From contig BCKQ01000002.1 in the NCBI GenBank assembly GCA_001600695.1, positions 577,183 through 641,182 of the forward strand: a stretch of 64,000 bases of DNA, read 5' to 3'. This DNA is from Ascoidea asiatica JCM 7603. Its lineage: Eukaryota; Fungi; Ascomycota. The notes under the pieces are model-generated. The model was given only the letters and a program-made list of their open reading frames with translations, did not search any database and had not been told where the DNA came from. The first letter of the stretch is position 1, and each line of letters starts with the position of its first letter. Positions 46,001-56,508 of this stretch are shown here, in pieces. The position numbers and the translations under genes were made by a program.

Positions 46001-48621
46001 AACTTGAAAAAGCTGCAGTTATGGCTCTAAGAAAATTTCGAATAGTTGTATCAATGCAACGTATGAAAGATTTCAATGAGGATGAACAAGAAAACAGAGA
46101 ATTTTTACTGAGAGCCTACCCTGAACTTCAAATTGCCTTTCTCGAGGAAGAAATAACAGAATCAGGTGAAAAAATATATTATTCCTCATTAATTGATGGA
46201 AGTTGTTCGATTTTACAAAATAGTCAGAGAAAATCAAAGTATAGAATTAGACTTTCTGGAAATCCTATTTTAGGTGATGGAAAAAGTGATAATCAAAATC
46301 ACGCCCTAATTTTCTGTAGAGGAGAATATATTCAGCTAGTTGATGCTAACCAAGACAATTACTTAGAAGAATGCTTGAAGATACGAAGTGTGCTAGCAGA
46401 ATTTGAGGAATATACCATGCCTCCTGATCTTTATCCTCTTGATAACTCTTTGTCGCAGGTAGACCCTGTAGCTATTATTGGAACGCGAGAGTACATTTTT
46501 TCGGAAAACATTGGTATACTTGGTGATGTTGCAGCTGGAAAAGAGCAAACATTTGGCACTTTATTTGCCAGAACATTGGCCCAAATTGGAGGGAAGCTTC
46601 ATTATGGTCATCCTGATTTTTTAAATGGTGCATTTGTTACAACTAGAGGTGGAGTTTCCAAGGCTCAGAAAGGTTTACACCTTAATGAAGATATTTATGC
46701 TGGGATTAATTCGATGGTTAGAGGTGGAAGAATTAAACATTGTGAATATATGCAGTGTGGTAAAGGTCGAGATCTTGGTTTTGGATCAATTTTAAACTTC
46801 ACTACTAAGATTGGAGCTGGAATGGGTGAACAGATGCTTTCAAGAGAGTATTTTTATCTAGGTAGTCAATTGCCTTTAGATCGTTTCCTATCATTTTATT
46901 ATGCACATCCTGGCTTTCATTTGAATAATGTGTTTATTGTTTTATCAGTAAGATTGTTTTTGATCGTTGCAGTTAATTTAGCAGCCTTAACTCATGAAAG
47001 TGTTATCTGCGAATATGATAGAAACAGGCCTATCACAGATCCACACAAACCAACTGGATGCTATAACTTGATTCCTGTAATAGAATGGCTTCAAAGGTGT
47101 ATATTATCAATTTTTATCGTTTTTTCAATTTCATTTGTGCCTCTAATGGTTCAAGAATTAACAGAGCGTGGTGTTTGGAAAGCTTTAACGAGATTGGGTA
47201 AGCATTTTGCTTCATTTTCTCCCTGTTTTGAAGTTTTTGTTTGTAAGATATATGCTCAGTCCCTTGTAAATGATCTTTCAGTAGGAGGTGCTCGTTATAT
47301 TGCAACAGGTAGAGGTTTTGCAACCATAAGGGTTCCTTTTGCAACATTGTACACCAGGTTTGCAACCGAAAGTTTGTATTTTGGTGCTTCCGCTCTTTTG
47401 ATATTAATTTTCTGTTCCATTGCAATGTGGAAAGTTGCTCTTCTATGGTTCTGGATAACGATTGCTTCCTTATGTATTGCCCCTTTTTTGTATAACCCAA
47501 ATCAATTCTCATATATTGATTTTTTCTTAGATTATAAAAACTATTTGAAGTGGTTATCAAGTGGAAATACCAGAAAAAGTAAAGTTTCATGGATTAATTA
47601 TGTACGCACAATAAGAACTCAAATAACTGGCTCAAAAAGAAAAAATCTTGGAAATCCTGGTGATAATCTAGCGTCTGATTTCCGAAAGCCATCAATTACC
47701 AATTTATTTTTTTCTCAAATTTGCTCCAGAGTATTTTTCACAGCTTGTCTTTTATTTGCATACTTTTTTACTAACTCTCAAAATGGTTCAAGAAGCGGAA
47801 GGCCTGGAAACGTTTTATTGAGAATTATATTTTGTTCTTTTGGGCCTATAGTGCTGAATATGATTGTTCTTTTGGCTTTATTTTTGGTTTCTTGTTTTTT
47901 TGGCCCACTATTAACTTGCTGTTGTAATAATACCCCATCTGCAATTGCAACATTTGCACATGCATTTTCGGTTATCAATCATGTAATATTTTTTGAGATA
48001 TTATGGTTTTGTCAAAACTGGGATTTCACTCCTACTGTTCTTGGATTAAGTGTTTGTATTATGGTTCAAAGTCTATTTTTCAAAATTATTATTTCTGTAT
48101 TTTTAACTAGAGAGATGAATCATGATAGAAGCAATCGTGCTTGGTGGTCTGGAAAATGGGTTACAGCGGAGCTCGGGTGGAATATTATAACACAACCAAT
48201 CCGCGAGTATCTTTGCAAAATTATTGAAATGAGTATTTTTGCTGGAGATTTTATTTTAGGTCATTTTTTATTATTTGTTCAAATACCCTTAATTATTATT
48301 CCATATATTGATAGATGCCATTCAATAATGTTGTTTTGGCTAAAGCCAAGTCGCCAGCTTCGTCCTCAGATTCTCTCTTCCAGAAAAAGACGAAGAGTTT
48401 CAATAACAGTACAACTCTACACTTTTATATTTTTGATCATTTTTTCATTTTTTGTTTTAGCTTTTCTCATACCAACATTTTTCAAGATATTTGATTTAAA
48501 TGATGTTAAAGAAATTCTACCGGATATTTTACAAGAGATAATCCAGCCAGCTTCCCAAGGTATATTAGTCAACAGGAAAGGATTAAAAGGGTATAAATTG
48601 ATGATGAAACACCAGCAGTAA
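43019..48621 (+). CDS. Second, divergent 1,3-beta-glucan synthase (Candida GSL-type/FKS paralog); join(43019..43214, 43337..48621), ~1826 aa
   Basis: Aligns throughout with FKS1 in this window ([38 protein letters not shown]); the upstream 73-aa ORF splices in frame. Confidence 0.93.
43215..43336 (+). other. Spliceosomal intron of the FKS paralog (122 nt)
   Basis: GTAAGA, TACTAAT 43315-43321, TAG; the phase-1 join reads without a stop into ATG 43393. Confidence 0.85.
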
Positions 48622-48847
48622 TATTTAGAAACCAAAAACGTTTTGCTAAACAAATTACATAAGTAAACGAATTTTTAAATACATTTGTTACTTTAAGAAA
48701 AAAAAAATTGAGTACAAAAATGTAGAAATCATTTATTAAATATATTTTTCGTAAGCCATTAACATTTAATTCAAAACAAAAAGATAAAAGTGAGAAAAGA
48801 AAGATTGATTATATATTGATGAACGTTATTTGACTTTAAATGCCAAA

Positions 48848-50269
48848 CTAATATTCACTTAGATATTTATTTAAAGTATCTCTTTTTTGAACGTTTTCAA
48901 ATTTGAAGGATGCAGCCATTTCGTCTAATTCGCCAAGGGACAAATCTTTGAAATAGCTAGCAAATTCCCAAGTTAAATATTGACTTAACAATAATTCTCT
49001 TAAAACTCTGTCAGTATAAGTATTAATTCCAAAAAATTTTGGATATAATGCATTATGAAATTGTTCTGGAATAACTTCTCTAAAATGATCTTTGACTTTT
49101 GTATATAATTTTTCAACTTCTGGATCAGCATCTCTTCCCCATTTATCAATACCGAGAGCTTTCTTTTTTGCAAACCATTTACCTAAAACTTGGAAATATT
49201 TTGATTTTGGATCAACAAAAGTAATTGCTTGGTAACCAATATCTTTATATAACCAAATTGACCAACCAATTGGTGTTTGAGAACCATCAGGATTTCCTTT
49301 TTTATAAATATTTAATTGTTCTTTTAAGACATTAAATCTAATTTCATTTGTTTCTTCAGGATGAGGATCATTTCTTACTTCACTAGAATAAACAGGTCCA
49401 AATTCACCATTCCAAACAGGAACCTTATTTTTTTTCATATATTGAATTTTTCTCTCATAAGATCTTAAAATTTTAGATTTCTGAAATTCAGTTCCTTTAT
49501 ATTCATCAATACCTGGGAATCCATAATTTGTATAATCATGAATTGCATAAACAGTATTTGGGAATGGTTTTTCTGGGAATTGAGTGAAATCCATTGCATA
49601 AGTATTAGCATCAAGGAAAAACATATGTTTTGGATCAACTTTTCTAACTTCTTTTTCAACTCTTGTGTAAAAATCAACTAATCTATAATGTTTTGAATCA
49701 GCTGGTTCATTTAAAGGATTATAACCTGCAATCCATTTATTATCTTTATAATGATCAGCAATTTTAACCCATAAATTAAGCATAGCATCTTGAAAATATT
49801 TAAAAGTCCAAAACATAGCTTTATGAATACCAGAATCAGAATGCCAATCTTGATTTTGACCACCTGGAACAGCATGAAGATCTAATACAACATAAATTCC
49901 ATTTTTAGAACAAATATCAACAACTCTATCTAATAATTGAAAACCTTTTGGTTTAATTGTAAAAAGATCTTCATCATCAACGAAATGACGATAATTAAAT
50001 GGAACTCTTAAACAATTGAAATTTAAACTTTTAAAAAATTTAGCATCTTCATCCATCCAAAAATATTCATAAAATTTATCAAAAAAATGATCAAATTTTT
50101 CTTGACCTAAAACTTTTAATAAAGCTTCTTTCATTTCATGTTCTTGACCAGGATATCCAGTAATGAAATTTTCCATATTCAAATGACCACCGATTGCAGC
50201 ACCTTTTAAAATAACTGGTTCATCATTGTCATCGACAATGTTTGTTCCTTTAACTTTTAAAAAACTCAT
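48848..50269 (-). CDS. Glycoside hydrolase family 5 (GH5_22-like, Scheffersomyces EGC-type), no signal peptide
   Basis: LNMENFITGYPG, LRVPFNYRHF, LDLHAVPGGQNQDWHSD, acid/base NEP, nucleophile WNGEFG. Confidence 0.9.
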   Translation of the reverse strand: MSFLKVKGTNIVDDNDEPVILKGAAIGGHLNMENFITGYPGQEHEMKEALLKVLGQEKFDHFFDKFYEYFWMDEDAKFFKSLNFNCLRVPFNYRHFVDDEDLFTIKPKGFQLLDRVVDICSKNGIYVVLDLHAVPGGQNQDWHSDSGIHKAMFWTFKYFQDAMLNLWVKIADHYKDNKWIAGYNPLNEPADSKHYRLVDFYTRVEKEVRKVDPKHMFFLDANTYAMDFTQFPEKPFPNTVYAIHDYTNYGFPGIDEYKGTEFQKSKILRSYERKIQYMKKNKVPVWNGEFGPVYSSEVRNDPHPEETNEIRFNVLKEQLNIYKKGNPDGSQTPIGWSIWLYKDIGYQAITFVDPKSKYFQVLGKWFAKKKALGIDKWGRDADPEVEKLYTKVKDHFREVIPEQFHNALYPKFFGINTYTDRVLRELLLSQYLTWEFASYFKDLSLGELDEMAASFKFENVQKRDTLNKYLSEY

Positions 50270-50277
50270 GATTTTCG

Positions 50278-50316
<39 letters not shown>
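50278..50316. repeat. (ATA)13 microsatellite just 5' of the GH5 start codon
   Basis: Direct reading. Confidence 0.9.
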
Positions 50317-50750
50317 GTAAAAATAAACAGTAAAATTAAGCTAAGAGATAATTTTAATTAAAGTATTTAATTTTCTTTTTGAAAACAAGCAAATATTACT
50401 AAGAAAATTAATTTAAATTGAATTGTATGAAAAATACTAAAAAAGAAAAAAAGGGAAAACAAAAGCATTTCTAAATAATAGAAAAATCAAGCCATTATAT
50501 AATAATTTCAAAAAAATCTTGGATAATTAAAATCAATTATTTTAATAATTGAAGGAAGTTGAAGACAAAGAGAGAGGGGGGTTTCGGTAATAATCTCTTT
50601 CCAAGAGAATAATTGAAATATTTAACATTTTGTTGAATATAATTACCTGAAATAGATGAAAAAATCGATAATCATTATTAAATTAAAGGACTAAAATGAC
50701 TGAACTTAAGTTTCCAATTGCAAGAGATAAACTTGACGTTATTTCTTTGT

Positions 50751-50873
50751 CCCCGGATTTTGAAGCATCTCCTCAAAATTACAAAATTTACCAAAAAAGT
50801 CAAAACGGCAATCAGCAAGAGTGACCCCATCCAGGGGTTAAGCGCAGAGGTTCCAGGGGTTGTGCCAGGGGTT
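50751..50873. promoter_or_regulatory. GH5 promoter: Mig1/CreA-type site and three CCAGGGGTT (STRE) copies
   Basis: CCCCGGATTTT 50751-50761; CCAGGGGTT at 50831, 50853 and 50865. Confidence 0.6.
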
Positions 50874-51320
50874 TGTCTTTGGGGTTTACTGCTCTTTCGT
50901 TTATCGCCTCAACTCCCCGAAAAACAGCTTCACATTTGGCCGAAGAGCTCCATCGAGCTTTATCGATGGGAAGGGTTTGAGAGCTCTGACGTAAGGCTGA
51001 TTTAGAATAATGAAATATTCAAATATGTTTGAAAGCTTTGGCTATCGAGCAAAAGAATTGCATTGATAATAATGTAGGAACAGCTGAGTCAATTTTTTTA
51101 GGTTTGTTGAAATTTTACCTAAAAAATATGTAGGAGGAATATTCCAGAAAAGACAACATTATATGTATTTACAAAAAAAATTGGTTTAAGAAGTAAGTGA
51201 AAAAAAGAGCAGAATTGAAAACTATAAAATACAAAAAATATAATCCCTTTTGATAAAAAAATAAATGCGCAGATAAGCAGTCAGATAAAAACAAGAAAAA
51301 ATCAGAAAACAAAAGCACTT

Positions 51321-52646
51321 TTAAACTCTACTAAGACCATGTCTATGTAAATGAGCCTCAGTTTCTCTTGAACCTCCATCATAAACATCACTTGGATCAA
51401 AGTATATATCAGAATATTCCTGTTCTTGATGAGTTTCATCTGGATTATAACTAGAGTCATTTATATCATGTTCATGAAACAAATTATTGGGATCACTTGT
51501 ATCATGGTCATCTACATCACTACTAGAATTACAATCCTCAAAGCCTTCCCATTCGGAATTGTTCTGATTTTCATTTGGATTTTCAGAATCTGAGCTAGAA
51601 TCATTATGAATAATAGATTGACCTGTTGAAGTTGATATTTCTCTGAAATTTCCTGGAATTAAATGCTCAAAATTACCTCCATCATCATTACTATTATTAT
51701 CTTCATCACTCTGACTATCTTCGTCATCATTGGCATTATTGGCATGAAAATTATTTGAAGTTTCTTCATCGCTGGATTCAAAAATTCTAGCATTTAGATT
51801 ATGTAAACGACGAATAGGAGCATCAATATTTAAATCTGATGAATTCTCATCATCTGAATCAGGTAGTTCATCTTGAGATAAATGATTATCTGAAACAATA
51901 AATGAGTTTTCAGACTCATCATCGCCATCTTCCCCATCATCTCTTCCTTCCAATTCAAACACACTGTCATCATCATTTTCATCATCATCAATGTTAGGAA
52001 TTCTAGCTATACCATTATAAAAAGAATTCATATCTATTTCAGAGTTGTCCATGGGAAAAGAAATAACCTCGTCACTATCATCATCTGTAACCAATCTTCT
52101 ATTACAATGTGAACATTTGTAAGCAAATCCTTCTATTTCAAAAGAGCAAGCAGAACATCTTCTAACATCATCATCGGAGTCATAAACTATTTGAGCAGTT
52201 GAAGTCTTTTTGAAAATCTGATCAAATAATATTTTATTCTTAGAATCATGTTCATAAATTTTAGCTTTTTCTTTTAAACGATTAACTTCAGGAATACAAT
52301 TTTCATTTATTTCAACTGAAGTTTCGAGAAAACATTTGATAATGTTACTTAAACCAAAATTTAATATAGGTTGTACTTTGATTATTTGTCGACATGTTGG
52401 ACAAGTAATTTTTTTCTTGATAAGATTACTTGCATCTTCATTTGAATCATTTATAGTAGAAAACCAATGTTTTAGACAAGAATAGCATACTGAATGACCA
52501 CAAGGACTTAAAATCATTGGTATTATCATTATTTCAGAACAAATGCAACATTCTAATGAATCCCAAAGTGATTTTATTAAAAGAGTTGCAGGGCTTGAAG
52601 AAGCACATAATACCCCTTCAATTGAAACAGATTCATCATTTCCCAT
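51321..52646 (-). CDS. PSH1: RING (C3HC4) E3 ubiquitin ligase, Psh1-like (Cse4/CENP-A turnover)
   Basis: CCIC..CGHSVCYSC..WF..CPTCR; second motif DDDVRRCSACSFE..CSHC; long acidic tail. Confidence 0.75.
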   Translation of the reverse strand: MGNDESVSIEGVLCASSSPATLLIKSLWDSLECCICSEIMIIPMILSPCGHSVCYSCLKHWFSTINDSNEDASNLIKKKITCPTCRQIIKVQPILNFGLSNIIKCFLETSVEINENCIPEVNRLKEKAKIYEHDSKNKILFDQIFKKTSTAQIVYDSDDDVRRCSACSFEIEGFAYKCSHCNRRLVTDDDSDEVISFPMDNSEIDMNSFYNGIARIPNIDDDENDDDSVFELEGRDDGEDGDDESENSFIVSDNHLSQDELPDSDDENSSDLNIDAPIRRLHNLNARIFESSDEETSNNFHANNANDDEDSQSDEDNNSNDDGGNFEHLIPGNFREISTSTGQSIIHNDSSSDSENPNENQNNSEWEGFEDCNSSSDVDDHDTSDPNNLFHEHDINDSSYNPDETHQEQEYSDIYFDPSDVYDGGSRETEAHLHRHGLSRV

Positions 52647-53850
52647 ATTTTATAATTTTGATATATCTTTGTATATTAGAAGACGAAAAATAATAGCTTA
52701 TTTAATAATTTCTATTTGATTTATAAAAACTTTTGTATACTGTATAATATTTTAATTTATTATCAATATTGAAAATTGGCACCTAAAGTCAGAATCAAAT
52801 CATTAGAATTACCGTGTATAATTACGGGTTATGCGTGACAGACTTCGAAGTGGGAGGAAGCATAGCCTGGCACAATATTAACTTTCAGTTTTGCGCTGCA
52901 AGAAAGTCGGTTTTAAAGCCCTTATTTAGTATTTTTTTAGTCGTAAATTAGAAGAATAAGTCGGAATAAATTCCAAAGTTCATGAATTCCGACTCTATTT
53001 ATAACCATGTGTAAAAAGGCATTACCGCGTGTCTTTCCAAGATTGGTTTTCGGGTCAGTTGAGAATTACGGGTCGCGGATGGGAAGCGTTTTCATGCAAC
53101 CGAAAAAGGCTAGATTACTACACTCCGTCGTACGGTAATAGATGGAACCTATTTAAGCGTGGCGGTGCTGGTGGCGAGGATTTCCACCTCTCAATTCTTC
53201 CGCCACTAGGATGAAAAATACCGGTGAAGCTAACCGTAGCCCTAGCAGCACCAATAATTCAATCCATTGTCTAAACACGAAAATACAGAGAAAATAGAGG
53301 TGGTACAGCACCAGTCTTTTCAGATCTGGCCATAGAGATTTAATCTTTACTTCGCAAATTCTCAATCGTCAAATCTGATGATATTTTAATCAATAGATGC
53401 TTATGAGAACTCTTTCATAAAAATCATAGTCAGGCTGAAATTAAATCATATCATCCTAAGAAAAGATATTTATTTGAGATTATTTTTCTATCCCTACATC
53501 TAAGAGCAAATTGTTTATCAATTTGTTTTTAATCTTTTTCTTTCATATCATTTCAATTTCTCTTTCAGCAGAATTTGATAGAGCAAAGACTTACTAATAT
53601 ATTATATCGCATCTTTATATTCAAAATAAAAGTGTTTTTTTATAGTGATTTTAAATATTCTATATTCAATATTCTTATTTTAAAGCTAAATAAATTTGTA
53701 TACTATTTGCTTTTAGAAATTGTTTTTTTCTTTTTCTAAAGCTCAATATTTTTATTTGTATTTTTATTTTTTTGAAAAATATTGAAATAAACCTACTAAT
53801 AATTAATCAATAATATTTTAAAAAAAAATAATCAAAGTTTAAAAGTAATA

Positions 53851-55662
53851 ATGGATCAATCTTTGATTCCAGATGCTGTAAAAGCATTTTCGGTTCAGAA
53901 AATGTTTCATAAAACTTGGGCAGGAACATTTATTTGTCATCCACAAGCTTATTTTCAACCATCAACAATAGATGAAATTATATTATTAGTTAATACTGCA
54001 AGATTAAAGAAAAAAACTTTAATGGTAGTTGGTGCAGGCCATTCTCCATCTGATTTAACAATGACTGATTCAAAAAATTGGCTTGTTAATTTAGATAATT
54101 TTAATAAAATTTTAAAAATAAATGAACATTCTTCAAAAAAATTTACTGATGTTACTGTGGAAGCTGGTATCAGATTATTTCAATTAAATAAAATCTTGGC
54201 TGAAAAAAAATTGGCTTTACAAAGTTTAGGTTCAATAACTGAACAAAGTGCTGGTGGAGTATTAAGTACTGGAACTCATGGTGCTTCTCCATTTCATGGA
54301 CTTATATCTCAACAAGTTGTAGATTTGACAATTGTAAATGGCCAAGGTCAATTAATCAAATGTTCTCCTTCTGAGAATATTGATTTATTCAAAGCTTCTT
54401 TATTATCTTTAGGAAAAATTGGAATAATCGTTCAAGTTACTTTTAGAACAATACCAGCTTTTCATATTAAATCTGTTCAACAAGTCATTAATTTCGATAC
54501 TTTATTATTAAATTGGGATACTATTTGGTTATCTTCTGAATTTATCAGAGTTTGGTGGTTTCCATATAGTAAAAAGTGTATATTATGGAAAGGTAATAAA
54601 TCAAATGAAGAATTATCACCTCCAAGAAAATCTTGGTATGGTACAAAATTTGGTAGAATATTTTATGAAACTTTACTCTGGGTATCAGTTCATATTTATC
54701 CTAAATTAACTCCATTAATTGAAAAATTTGTATTTAATAGACAATATGGTACAACTGAAACTTTTTTAGATAAAAATGGTGGTGATGTTGCTATTCAAAC
54801 CTCTACTGATGGATTTTGGTTAGATTGTTTATTTAGTCAATATGTTAATGAATGGGCTGCTCCTTTAAGTAATGGTACTGAAATTTTAAGAAGTTTAGAT
54901 CATACAATTCAACAAGCCAGTTTAAAAAATGATTTTTACGTTCATGCACCTATTGAAGTTAGATGCTCAAATACAACTTATAGTGGTGTTATAAATGAAA
55001 ATAATCTTCCTGACTTAAATGATTTATTAAAAAGAAAAATAGTAGATGTTGGTCCAATTACTGGTAATAATATTCGTCCATTTATGGATAATACTCCAAA
55101 ACTTAACTATATTCAGCCTGTATTGGTTGGAAATGATACAGATATGGATGCTTCAAATATGAAGTTTATTTCTAATTTAGATCAATCGGAGTTTACAGTA
55201 ATTTCTCCAAATGAAAAGTCAAGCAAATCAATTAACAAAAGTGAAATTCAAAATCAAGAACCAATAGCAATGATATCATCAGCAGATTATAGCAAAACCA
55301 ATGTTACTAATTCACAGTTAACTTTGTATATCAATGCTACAATGTATAGACCATTCCGTTCAAGTGTTCCTATTGGAAAATGGTATAAAATTTTCGAAGA
55401 TACTTTAGATGCTGCAGGAGGAAAACCTCATTGGGCTAAAAACTTTATTGGTTCAATATCTAATTTACCAAAATCTTTACAAGAAGAAGCAAAATTAAAA
55501 CATTATAAAGATGGAGAAATGATAGGGTTTGCTAATAAGATGAGCGAATGGTTTGGAGAGGATTTAAAATCTTTCAAAAAAGTTAGAGAAGAACAAGATC
55601 CAGATGGTGTTTTCCTTAGTGGTAAAGATTGGGCTATACGAAATGGTATAATTGATCCATAG
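53851..55662 (+). CDS. ALO1: D-arabinono-1,4-lactone oxidase
   Basis: KTWAG, FAD-His VGAGHSPSD, STGTHG, VHAPIEVRCSN, LYINATMYRPF, GGKPHWAKNF. Confidence 0.95.
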   Translation: MDQSLIPDAVKAFSVQKMFHKTWAGTFICHPQAYFQPSTIDEIILLVNTARLKKKTLMVVGAGHSPSDLTMTDSKNWLVNLDNFNKILKINEHSSKKFTDVTVEAGIRLFQLNKILAEKKLALQSLGSITEQSAGGVLSTGTHGASPFHGLISQQVVDLTIVNGQGQLIKCSPSENIDLFKASLLSLGKIGIIVQVTFRTIPAFHIKSVQQVINFDTLLLNWDTIWLSSEFIRVWWFPYSKKCILWKGNKSNEELSPPRKSWYGTKFGRIFYETLLWVSVHIYPKLTPLIEKFVFNRQYGTTETFLDKNGGDVAIQTSTDGFWLDCLFSQYVNEWAAPLSNGTEILRSLDHTIQQASLKNDFYVHAPIEVRCSNTTYSGVINENNLPDLNDLLKRKIVDVGPITGNNIRPFMDNTPKLNYIQPVLVGNDTDMDASNMKFISNLDQSEFTVISPNEKSSKSINKSEIQNQEPIAMISSADYSKTNVTNSQLTLYINATMYRPFRSSVPIGKWYKIFEDTLDAAGGKPHWAKNFIGSISNLPKSLQEEAKLKHYKDGEMIGFANKMSEWFGEDLKSFKKVREEQDPDGVFLSGKDWAIRNGIIDP

Positions 55663-56508
55663 ATATTAATATATGCAAACTACACTCCCATTATCAAATT
55701 ATTTTGTTAGATTAACAATTATATATTTTGCTATTTATGAATACCCCTTTTCCTGTTATTGTAACAAACAGAAATGTTTTTTATACATTATGCCTTCTCA
55801 TATATATAATTTTTTTTCACTCTAGAATTTTTTATAAATAGACAGTTTTTTTAATAACTTTTGTTACTAAGAGTAAATCTTATAACGATATTTCGAAGCA
55901 GTTTGTGAGTTTGATTTATTGTTAAACCCCAAATACTTTCCTATTTTTTCATTGAAAGATTCGCAAAAAGATTCACAAAGTTATAAACTCCTTTTTTGAA
56001 AGAAAATCCTATTTAAACCGAAAATATTGATTATTTCCATAATAATAAGACAAAAGGTAATTGAATTTTTTGGTTCAAACTAAAAAATACAGTTAAAAGA
56101 AATTTAAACCGGCACGCCGCGGCTAGAAATTTCCCTTAATAAAATAAAAATAATTGAAGCACAACAAACCTTAATAGAAAAAGCTAAAACAGATGATATT
56201 TCACTAATTTTCAATAAAAATTCAATGCACTTTTAAATTCTTTAGAATCAAAAGATATTTCATTTGAAAAAAGTTTGTTTACTATACATTTTGTTTACTA
56301 TAAAAACAATAATTGCATGCAGTTTTCATATATAATCATATTAATTTCATCTTGTTTGCTGCTTTTCGTTAAAGGCGAACATTGTTGGTATTCTTAAATT
56401 ACACAACATTATATTATCTTTTCAACAAGGGCTTTTTCTTTATATTTCCTTCTCCTAATAAAGGATATATCAGCCATTTGACTTATCAACCATAAATAAT
56501 TTTAAAAA

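Noticed and set aside
53040-53320. RNase P or U6 identity for the GC island (ACCCGAAAACCAATC on minus; TACAGAGA on plus)
   Set aside because: No matching CR-I/P4 partner, and no U6 context around ACAGAGA
55304-55317. TACTAAT..CAG as an intron end in ALO1
   Set aside because: It encodes the conserved VTNSQ, the branch-to-AG distance is too short, and there is no good donor
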